A stretch of DNA of 31,579 nucleotides, from the IMG/VR virus record IMGVR_UViG_3300032070_000025, positions 1 through 31,579 of that record, one strand, 5' to 3'. This DNA comes from a virus. Taxonomy: Duplodnaviria > Caudoviricetes. The translations under genes and the position numbers were made by a program. This document shows positions 1 to 6,394 of this stretch, piece by piece. The notes beneath the pieces are model-generated. The model saw only the letters and a program-made list of their open reading frames with translations, was not told the DNA's origin and ran no database searches. Position 1 is the first letter of the stretch. Each line of letters starts with the position of its first letter.

Positions 1-84
1 GAATCGACCATCGAGGAGCTGAATGTCATCGACAGCAAGCTTTTCGGCGTCGGCCCCAAGCTGGTTTTTGCACTGAAAAGTTAA
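1..84 (+). CDS. 3' end of a CDS of unknown function (partial)
   Basis: Frame 1 is open from base 1 (ESTIEELNVIDSKLFGVGPKLVFALKS) to TAA at 82-84. Confidence 0.45.
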   Translation, partial: ESTIEELNVIDSKLFGVGPKLVFALKS

Positions 85-292
85 ACTCGAACAGCCTGTT
101 TTGCGTTGCGAATTAACCGAGTTCTGAACCTCTGGGCGAAAATTTTCGAGACAATGAGCGCATTTCATCTTCGGTTCCAGCGAATAGGGTGGAGTGTAAC
201 ATAAAAAGATGTCCACAGGCGCGCGCTTGCGCAATCCTGTCCGTCTGCCTTGAAGGTTTTGTGGTAACGTAGCGGGAAAAAGGAGGTGTGAT

Positions 293-481
293 ATGCAAGA
301 CAATCCGATTTGCCCAGGAATTCACCCTGGGTGCTGCGGACGAGTGGGAACCGATGGAATGGGAATTAGGGTCCTTCCGGTCGAGGTAGAGGGTTCGCGG
401 GTGCAGCAGATTTTGGTGGTCTTTTGTAAGGAATGTGGTCGGATACATGGAATGGTGGAGGATCTTGGAACGTTACGTTAA
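293..481 (+). CDS. small Cys-rich (zinc-ribbon-like) hypothetical protein
   Basis: Strong SD AGGAGGT at 281-287; CPGIHPGCC and CKECG motifs. Confidence 0.55.
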   Translation: MQDNPICPGIHPGCCGRVGTDGMGIRVLPVEVEGSRVQQILVVFCKECGRIHGMVEDLGTLR

Positions 482-486
482 GAGAA

Positions 487-533
487 TTGTCCACAGGGCG
501 GGGCATTGACAGGATATGCCGGAGGAGTACGCT
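487..533 (+). promoter_or_regulatory. DnaA-box-like site plus sigma70-like promoter
   Basis: TTGTCCACA 487-495, TTGACA 506-511, 16 bp, TACGCT 528-533; ATG at 540 would be leaderless. Confidence 0.6.
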
Positions 534-539
534 GGAGGT

Positions 540-719
540 ATGCCGGTTCACCCATATGAAGCCAAGCGACGGGGTAAGCTTGTAAGGAGGGCCAAAAAGC
601 TATATGCGCAGGGATTGACTACGCGCGAGGTCGGTGCTCTTGTAGGAAAAAGCCACGAGTGGGTGGCCCGATTATTCCGCAATAAGTTATCCACACCCCC
701 ACCTATTGACAGAAGTTGA
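540..719 (+). CDS. small helix-turn-helix DNA-binding protein (Cro-like)
   Basis: LYAQGLTTREVGALVGKSHEWVAR fits an HTH; start moved from 516 to in-frame ATG 540 because 516 lies inside the promoter. Confidence 0.7.
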   Translation: MPVHPYEAKRRGKLVRRAKKLYAQGLTTREVGALVGKSHEWVARLFRNKLSTPPPIDRS

Positions 720-733
720 CGGCTTGATAGACT
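687..733 (+). promoter_or_regulatory. perfect DnaA box plus early promoter
   Basis: TTATCCACA 687-695, TTGACA 706-711, 16 bp, TAGACT 728-733. Confidence 0.75.
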
Positions 734-777
734 GAACCCAAAGGCCGCAGCAACCTAAATCACCAATCCAACTAACA

Positions 778-993
778 ATGGAATTGTCAATTCACGATGT
801 GACGGGGGTGCAGGTAAATAACATCGGCAAAAATGAGAGGTCCGACGGTAGTTTCTATGCCGTTCGCAGTTTCGTGTTTGAGGCAAACGGCCGTGAAGCG
901 TTTGAGGTGACGTGTTTCACGGGGGATTTCGGGACGCAGGAGAAGGCGGATGACTGTTTGTCCTTGACGGTTCAGAAGAAAGAAAAAATCTGA
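778..993 (+). CDS. hypothetical early protein
   Basis: 71 aa ORF after the promoter with an A/C-rich leader. Confidence 0.75.
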   Translation: MELSIHDVTGVQVNNIGKNERSDGSFYAVRSFVFEANGREAFEVTCFTGDFGTQEKADDCLSLTVQKKEKI

Positions 994-994
994 C

Positions 995-1162
995 ATGCTT
1001 CGTAACCTCTTCCAACAGAAAATCGCGCACGAGGGCGATGTGTACTGGGAGGAGTATCGGAATCGTCCGTGGTTCGATGCCGTAGTGGGCGCGGTTTTCA
1101 TCGGAGCCGTTATCTGTATCCTCGGACTGATTGGCACCGTCGCAGATAAGATAATCCCTTGA
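995..1162 (+). CDS. small membrane protein (55 aa, not in ORF track)
   Basis: MLRNLFQQKIAHEGDVYWEEYRNRPWFDAVVGAVFIGAVICILGLIGTVADKIIP; one hydrophobic helix; stop lies inside scaffold 1. Confidence 0.65.
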   Translation: MLRNLFQQKIAHEGDVYWEEYRNRPWFDAVVGAVFIGAVICILGLIGTVADKIIP

Positions 1163-1519
1163 GAGCTAGTCCGCCCTCTAGCTAGTCAGCAGGGCAAGAG
1201 AGTGGTTCTTTGAAAGCTGGTATAACGGTTTCCTAAATAGACATAGCGGCGCGACCCCACCGTCCGAGGGGGTGGCAGTAGAAAGGCATATCGCTTTTCT
1301 CTTGCCACTCCCGAAGCGAGCTAGCTCACGGAACGGGCAATCAGCGCATGAAGTACCGCAACAAGTAGAGGAAACCATCGCGGACGACACCGTCGAAACA
1401 ACGCGTCAATGTTCGGCAAGACGGCCGTACCACAAAACTTGCGAGGTGGCTTATGGGAATCCTCGCTACCAGCCCTCAAAGAATCACTCACTAGGCCCCG
1501 CAGGGCAAAGGTCGAAAGA
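1152..1519 (+). ncRNA. RNA scaffold cassette 1 with ~244 nt structured cargo (1223-1466)
   Basis: Arms shared with two other copies; 1201-1213 pairs with 1476-1488 and 1216-1222 with 1467-1473. Confidence 0.7.
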
Positions 1520-1530
1520 AAATTAGGACA

Positions 1531-1704
1531 ATGAGAAAAATCAAAGCATTTATCAGGGACTGGCTCTTCGTAATCCTGAATATGGGTAAGTGTCCGATAT
1601 GTGGCACTCGCCTTCACAAAAACGCGCTCGGATTCCATAACTGCGGTAAATGCTTTTCGAGGGTAGTATCCCAACTTCTCGGAGAGAATCTAAGCGACTG
1701 GTAA
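1531..1704 (+). CDS. small zinc-ribbon protein (57 aa, not in ORF track)
   Basis: MRKIKAFIRDWLFVILNMGKCPICGTRLHKNALGFHNCGKCFSRVVSQLLGENLSDW; two CxxC; exactly fills the gap between scaffolds 1 and 2. Confidence 0.7.
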   Translation: MRKIKAFIRDWLFVILNMGKCPICGTRLHKNALGFHNCGKCFSRVVSQLLGENLSDW

Positions 1705-1924
1705 ATCCCTTGAGAGCGTCCGCCCTCGCGCGAGAAAGGGCAGTGGTTCGCTGATGGGGGAAATGACGCAGATAATATCTGCTAAACAGTTGGTAACTTA
1801 TCTCTATCGGGCGGCATCGCAAGGCCAGCGACCGCGTTCAACAGGAGGTAGCACCTTCTCACTTCGATAGATTTTCCCCACCAGCGAATCACTCACTAGG
1901 CCCCGCAGGGCAAAGGTCGAAAGA
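1702..1924 (+). ncRNA. RNA scaffold cassette 2 with ~106 nt structured cargo (1765-1870)
   Basis: 1742-1753 pairs with 1882-1893 and 1755-1764 with 1871-1880; 3' 39 nt identical to cassette 1. Confidence 0.7.
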
Positions 1925-1939
1925 CAATCAACAAAAACA

Positions 1940-2146
1940 ATGTTGCTTTCAAAGAGAATAGACAGGGAATTGTTCGGAAAACACGATGGTTTTCGCAACA
2001 AAGCCGTGCTGCTCCGAACTATGACGCACCCAGACGGAACGGAAATCAAGTGGCGCGGCGATGACGGTTTGATTTTCACCCTGTTCTGGAGGATACAGAA
2101 ATTGGAGAGCGAGGTGGAAGAACTGAAGAGAATCAAATCGAAATAA
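1940..2146 (+). CDS. hypothetical early protein with C-terminal coiled coil
   Basis: 68 aa ORF filling the gap between scaffolds 2 and 3. Confidence 0.7.
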   Translation: MLLSKRIDRELFGKHDGFRNKAVLLRTMTHPDGTEIKWRGDDGLIFTLFWRIQKLESEVEELKRIKSK

Positions 2147-2391
2147 ATCCTTGAGAGTGTCCGCCCTCGCGTGAGAAAGGGCAGTGGTTCGCTGATGGGG
2201 GATAGATTGTGTGTGAGTAGGCCGAACCGTTAGCAGGAAAAGCGGTCAACGAATAATAAGTCCGTCAGGAGCGTACGGGTTAAAGCTCCACAAAATCAAC
2301 CCGACACACGAAAAACTGCGTCCCCACCAGCGAATCACTCACTAGGCCCCGCCTCCTAGTCAAGCGCGGGAGATCATTAACCAAGTCGAAA
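2144..2391 (+). ncRNA. RNA scaffold cassette 3 with ~119 nt pseudoknot-containing cargo (2202-2320)
   Basis: 2183-2194 pairs with 2328-2339 and 2196-2201 with 2321-2326; 5' arm nearly identical to cassette 2. Confidence 0.7.
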
Positions 2392-2406
2392 ATCACTAAG
2401 GGGTAC

Positions 2407-2452
2407 ATTCGGAGAGAGGGGACTTGCCGTACCGCTTCTCCCCTCTCCGAAT
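2407..2452 (+). other. strong intergenic hairpin
   Basis: ATTCGGAGAG 2407-2416 / CTCTCCGAAT 2443-2452, stem extends inward; no U-tract. Confidence 0.6.
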
Positions 2453-2466
2453 CCAAATCAATCAAA

Positions 2467-2613
2467 ATGACCGACAAAGTTAGAGAGGTAAAAAAGCTGG
2501 CAAAGCAGATGAGCGCGAAAGAAATATGCGCCGCACTTATGGAGTTTATTTTCCTATTGCGGGAAGCCGACCACAGAGAAACCTTGTCGCGGCTTTTCAA
2601 GGAAAAGAAATAA
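2467..2613 (+). CDS. hypothetical protein (48 aa, not in ORF track)
   Basis: MTDKVREVKKLAKQMSAKEICAALMEFIFLLREADHRETLSRLFKEKK with an A-rich leader. Confidence 0.6.
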   Translation: MTDKVREVKKLAKQMSAKEICAALMEFIFLLREADHRETLSRLFKEKK

Positions 2614-2617
2614 ACCA

Positions 2618-2797
2618 ATGACCGACGAAATCGGAATGGCCTGCCCGGAATGCGGCAGGGAAAGAGATTGCGAGGAAGATTGCCCGAAGCGCCGAGAGGG
2701 GTATGGATGGGGTGAACCCACGGGGGAGATGACGGACAACGAATTCTTCGAGCAGGAGGCGGATCGGCAGGCTAGAAGTTTGGAAAGGAGGAAATAG
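2618..2797 (+). CDS. small Cys-rich hypothetical protein (59 aa, not in ORF track)
   Basis: MTDEIGMACPECGRERDCEEDCPKRR...; tightly packed with neighbours. Confidence 0.6.
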   Translation: MTDEIGMACPECGRERDCEEDCPKRREGYGWGEPTGEMTDNEFFEQEADRQARSLERRK

Positions 2798-2825
2798 TCG
2801 AAAACCAAAATAATTAACTACCAAA

Positions 2826-3674
2826 ATGAGGTCAAAATCGCTTAACGGCATTCTCAAAGAGCCGTCGGTTGTCTTCAATGAGGCGGCGCACACCTACACG
2901 AATGGAAAGGGTGAGCTGTACACGGGCTGCACGACCATCAGCGAGGCGTGGGACAAGAGTTTTTTCCTCGGCCCGTGGTACGCGAAGGAGGCAATCGAGG
3001 CGGTGAAAGCGAAACTTGGAGAGATTGCCCTGCTCATCAAAGGGAACGGCGATCCGAGGAAGACGCCGAAGCTCGCGGAATTGCTCGACGAGTGCAAGGG
3101 CGCGGCCAAGCACAAATCGGAGAAGGCGAAGGATGACGGCACGGCGGCACACGAGTGGATTGAATCGGCAATCGCAAAGAAGATAGACCCGAAGCTCGTA
3201 AGGTTGCCGATGCCAAAGAGCGTCGAGGCAAAGGCGGCGGTGCGAGCGTTCGCGGGATGGGCCAAGGGCAAGGATATCCGGTGGCTAGCGACGGAGGAAG
3301 TGGTGTCGTCCGGCGAGCACAAGATCGGCGGGAAGCTGGACGCGCTGGCTTCGATTGACGGGATTATCTTCCTCACTGACGTGAAAACCTCGTCACAGCT
3401 TTCGCCGTCCTACCTGCTCCAGTGTGCGGGGTACGACATTATGCTGCGCGAAATGGGGTTGACAGTTGCGGGATACCTAATCCTGCGCTGTCCGAAGGAT
3501 GGGAGCGCGGCGGAGACGCTGACCATAACGAACGGGGAGGATATGAAGTTCTTCCGCGAGACGTTTCTGAAGCAGCGCGAGGCACACCGCTTCTATGTCT
3601 ATATGCAGTCGAAGTTCAAAGAGAACGGAAAGATGAGAGTTGATAAAAAGGTCGAAAATCACGACACACTCTAA
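2826..3674 (+). CDS. PD-(D/E)XK exonuclease (RecB/Cas4-like phage recombination nuclease)
   Basis: GTAAH, GKLD, DVKTS and LQCAGY motifs. Confidence 0.8.
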   Translation: MRSKSLNGILKEPSVVFNEAAHTYTNGKGELYTGCTTISEAWDKSFFLGPWYAKEAIEAVKAKLGEIALLIKGNGDPRKTPKLAELLDECKGAAKHKSEKAKDDGTAAHEWIESAIAKKIDPKLVRLPMPKSVEAKAAVRAFAGWAKGKDIRWLATEEVVSSGEHKIGGKLDALASIDGIIFLTDVKTSSQLSPSYLLQCAGYDIMLREMGLTVAGYLILRCPKDGSAAETLTITNGEDMKFFRETFLKQREAHRFYVYMQSKFKENGKMRVDKKVENHDTL

Positions 3675-4129
3675 TGGGAGAAGTAGCAAAGAAAATTTTT
3701 GAGAGCGCAGCGGCGGCGGGAAAGACGCAGAAGCCGTGGTTGCAGCTCGGGCCGAAAGACGCGAGCGGCGTATCGAGGCCGAACGGCCCGCACGAGATTT
3801 CGATTCTGTCCGAGAAGCGCGGAACGGGAACCGACCCGTTCACCAAACAACCGCGCGAGGAATTGCAGATGGTAGTCGAGGAGAAGGGCGTGGAGAAAAT
3901 GTGGAACGTCCCCACCCACGACAAAGACGGCAACCTGCATTACCTCGTCGCCCGCCTCGCGGAGACCGAACTTCACGAGAAGCTCATCGTCGAGATGAAG
4001 AAGAACGGGCCGAAGTCGTACATTGACGTGCAAAGGTCGGCAAGTGAACCGTCGGTACAAGTCGATGGGGGAGATAGCCCGGCAACTGTTGAAGGAAGCG
4101 AGGCAGACGAAGCGTTCCCGGATTTTTAG
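3674..4129 (+). CDS. putative single-stranded DNA-binding protein
   Basis: Follows the exonuclease; acidic tail ending EADEAFPDF. Confidence 0.55.
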   Translation: MGEVAKKIFESAAAAGKTQKPWLQLGPKDASGVSRPNGPHEISILSEKRGTGTDPFTKQPREELQMVVEEKGVEKMWNVPTHDKDGNLHYLVARLAETELHEKLIVEMKKNGPKSYIDVQRSASEPSVQVDGGDSPATVEGSEADEAFPDF

Positions 4130-4379
4130 CAGTCGGGTGTTTCCGTCAAAGTCGCGCGAGGGTGTCGTCTACGAAGCGGCCGTGTACTTCGGCGGCGCCC
4201 TCGAACGGCCGAACGTCGGGTGCTCCTGCGAGCGGTTCCGGCTCACCTCGGATCACTGGTGCTCGCACGTCGAGGCGCTATGGAACGATATGAACGGCGC
4301 GGAGCGGGCGATGGCCGTTCACCACGACGAAATCTATCAACGAATGGGCTGGCATGACACACGCACTTCAACTGAATAG
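4065..4379 (+). CDS. SWIM-type zinc finger protein
   Basis: CSC...WCSHV (CxC-xn-CxH); in-frame ATG 4065 has AAAGGTCG 25 nt upstream. Confidence 0.65.
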   Translation: MGEIARQLLKEARQTKRSRIFSSRVFPSKSREGVVYEAAVYFGGALERPNVGCSCERFRLTSDHWCSHVEALWNDMNGAERAMAVHHDEIYQRMGWHDTRTSTE

Positions 4380-4764
4380 CTTGGTCGAGAACATCGAGGA
4401 GCTTGTGATAGCGACCAAGCAGAATGTCGGACTGTCGCTCCTCGAAATGCGGTGGACGGTCGGGTGGATGGTTGCAAGGCACCCCGCATACTCCAAGCAC
4501 CGCAGTCAAGTTTTGCAAGCCCTTGCAAAACTCCTCGCGGAACGCTTCGGGCGCGGGTGGAGCGAGCGGACGCTGTACTACTGCGTCGAGTTCTACGAGA
4601 AGTACCCCCAAAAGACCTTCCTCGAAGCTCTCGGCGGCGTGAAGGAGGACGGGGTTGTCCCACAGTGGTACAAGATTGTCCGCTCGCTGCCGAGCGGGAA
4701 GCGGGAGGAGGAGACGAGCGAGGAGAAGTGCCGGCACTGCCCGCTGCATTGCGGAAAATCATAA
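4354..4764 (+). CDS. DUF1016 (YhcG) N-terminal-like domain protein
   Basis: RWTVG...LAKLLAERFGRGWSERTLYYCVEFYEKYP resembles the YhcG N-terminal signature. Confidence 0.65.
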   Translation: MTHALQLNSLVENIEELVIATKQNVGLSLLEMRWTVGWMVARHPAYSKHRSQVLQALAKLLAERFGRGWSERTLYYCVEFYEKYPQKTFLEALGGVKEDGVVPQWYKIVRSLPSGKREEETSEEKCRHCPLHCGKS

Positions 4765-4766
4765 CC

Positions 4767-5048
4767 ATGAAAACCATCATCATCACCATTCAAGTCCCGG
4801 ACGAGCTCGCAGGAGGCACGAAGGCGGTCGTCGGCCGCGAGCTGTTGCGGACCGACCTGCCGAGGGTTGCGGTGCCGGCGGCCGCCGGACCGAAACAACG
4901 AGTGTGCAGCCAATGCGGCAAACCGGGACACCGGAGGGATACATGCGGCAGGACCGCGGGGGATGGTGAACCGAGGATAAAAACGAACGAGGAATGCGCG
5001 AACTGCGGGAAGCGCGGCCACGAATGGAAAGAGTGCCCGGAAAAATAA
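4767..5048 (+). CDS. tandem CCHC zinc-knuckle protein (93 aa)
   Basis: Two CX2CX4HX4C motifs: CSQCGKPGHRRDTC and CANCGKRGHEWKEC; ATG 4767 follows the upstream stop. Confidence 0.75.
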   Translation: MKTIIITIQVPDELAGGTKAVVGRELLRTDLPRVAVPAAAGPKQRVCSQCGKPGHRRDTCGRTAGDGEPRIKTNEECANCGKRGHEWKECPEK

Positions 5049-5052
5049 ACCC

Positions 5053-5307
5053 ATGAAAACAGCAATCTACATCGAGGACGGCATAGTGCAGCTTGTCATC
5101 ACGCCCGAGTCGAAGTTTGAGAAGAACGCTCTGCGGAGCTTCGAGGAAAATCCGCTGTCGGTCAAAATTTTCGACGGCGCGTTCTACGACTGCCGTGGTG
5201 GGTGGACGAGGCAGAGTACCCACTACCCTATGATGGGAACGTTCACGGCCGACAGCGGGGATAGGTCACTGATTCTACGGATAGAGGAACCGCCGAAAAA
5301 CCAATGA
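5053..5307 (+). CDS. hypothetical phage protein
   Basis: 84 aa ORF in a tightly packed operon. Confidence 0.7.
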   Translation: MKTAIYIEDGIVQLVITPESKFEKNALRSFEENPLSVKIFDGAFYDCRGGWTRQSTHYPMMGTFTADSGDRSLILRIEEPPKNQ

Positions 5308-5528
5308 GCGACGACCAAAACATCAGCAACACCGCCTGTATCCGTTGCGGGAAAATCCTCACGATAAAGTCGTGGGACGGGGGACTGTTGCCGTCGCAAC
5401 CAGTGTTGCGCTGCGAACATTGCGGCTGCGACCTACGGCTCGTGATTACGAAGGAAAACGGGCGCGTGTTTCTGAAAATCCCCGAGGAATTGGCCGGTTA
5501 CTATCTGCCGAAAATTGTACTGCAATGA
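5304..5528 (+). CDS. zinc-ribbon protein
   Basis: CIRCG and CEHCG; ATGA overlaps with neighbours. Confidence 0.7.
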   Translation: MSDDQNISNTACIRCGKILTIKSWDGGLLPSQPVLRCEHCGCDLRLVITKENGRVFLKIPEELAGYYLPKIVLQ

Positions 5529-5704
5529 CCCCCGCCGAAAAAAATCTGATACGGGAAATCATCGAGGCCCTACCGGAACGGAAACCCACGGGCGGTTTCT
5601 ATCCGGATGCAGGGTGGCAGAGAGAGGAGGAAGGGCGCAAGGGCTTCAACGATTGTCTCTTTAGGGTCCGCAAGATTCTATTCTCGCGTCTCAAAAAGAA
5701 ATGA
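5525..5704 (+). CDS. hypothetical phage protein
   Basis: MTPAEKNLIREIIEALP...GFNDCL; ATGA overlaps at both ends. Confidence 0.65.
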   Translation: MTPAEKNLIREIIEALPERKPTGGFYPDAGWQREEEGRKGFNDCLFRVRKILFSRLKKK

Positions 5705-6174
5705 CCCCCTCCGACCACAACGCGCAGCCGACCAACTGTTCCTACTGCGGTGCATCGCTGAAGAGTTACTGGCATCGCCTCACGCCCGGCCTTGTCTCGG
5801 TTCTCATCGAAGCGATAAAGTTCGTCCACGAGCACAATAAGAACCGCTTCCACCTTCAGCGCGACCTGAACCTTACCAAGACCCAGTACAACAACGCGCA
5901 GAAGCTCCGCTACCATGGTCTCATCGCGCATGCGGAGAAGGACAATCCCAAGAGCGGATTTTGGCTCATCACGGCGCGAGGGGGACAATTCCTTCGGGGA
6001 GAGATCGTCGTCCCGGCGGCGGTCAGAACCTTCCGAAACGAGGTGCAGGAGCACTCCCAAGTTCTAGTCCACATCAACGAGTTCCGTGACAAGGTTCCCT
6101 ACTTCGAGAGCAGTTTCGCGGCTCGGATCGAAAGGCCGGAGCCGGGGAGAATCCCGCAGGGGGTGTTGTGCTGA
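5701..6174 (+). CDS. hypothetical phage protein (CxxC plus winged-helix-like region)
   Basis: CSYCG; QKLRYHGLI...WLITARGGQFL pattern. Confidence 0.65.
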   Translation: MTPSDHNAQPTNCSYCGASLKSYWHRLTPGLVSVLIEAIKFVHEHNKNRFHLQRDLNLTKTQYNNAQKLRYHGLIAHAEKDNPKSGFWLITARGGQFLRGEIVVPAAVRTFRNEVQEHSQVLVHINEFRDKVPYFESSFAARIERPEPGRIPQGVLC

Positions 6175-6176
6175 AG

Positions 6177-6364
6177 CTGGGGATAAGCCAGGGAAAAAAC
6201 TGGACTCGCTGGGGACGGCGAAAAGCAAGCACGAGAAAGCATCCGGCGGCCGCCCCCAGAACTGTCCCCGACTTATCGTGAGTAATACCCAAGTTAGGAA
6301 CAGGCCGGAAGTAGGAGAAATGAGGCTTCCGGCCCGAGACCCCAAGAAAACGGCGAATCCCCAG
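6177..6364 (+). ncRNA. candidate structured intergenic RNA
   Basis: Closing stem CTGGGGAT 6177-6184 / ATCCCCAG 6357-6364 encloses several hairpins. Confidence 0.45.
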
Positions 6365-6394
6365 TAACAACAAGATTCTATAACCCATAAAAAG

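Noticed and set aside
1201-1488. Retron msr-msd with a1/a2 arms
   Set aside because: Similar enclosing-stem topology, but no reverse transcriptase in the window
1272-1526. 84-aa ORF across cargo 1
   Set aside because: No leader signal, runs through the conserved arm and has no protein-like features; structure explains the region better
1742-1924. Hammerhead or hairpin ribozyme (CTGATG, GTCGAAA, GTCC)
   Set aside because: CTGATGG is not CUGANGA, lies within the closing stem and is absent from unit 1; no hairpin-ribozyme loop B. A novel catalytic activity is not excluded
1401-2250. Hairpin followed by TCAA in each cargo, resembling IS200/IS605 ends
   Set aside because: Only 4-5 nt shared, positions differ, and no TnpA/TnpB is present; likely chance
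1152-2391. CRISPR or TIGR array
   Set aside because: Two different arms rather than one repeat; intervening sequences are 100-240 nt, uneven and structured or coding; no cas or tas gene recognised
1152-2391. Integron attC sites
   Set aside because: No RYYYAAC/GTTRRRY ends and no integron integrase
2826-3674. Cas4 of a CRISPR system
   Set aside because: Lacks the Fe-S cysteine cluster pattern; no cas1/cas2 or array; context is phage recombination
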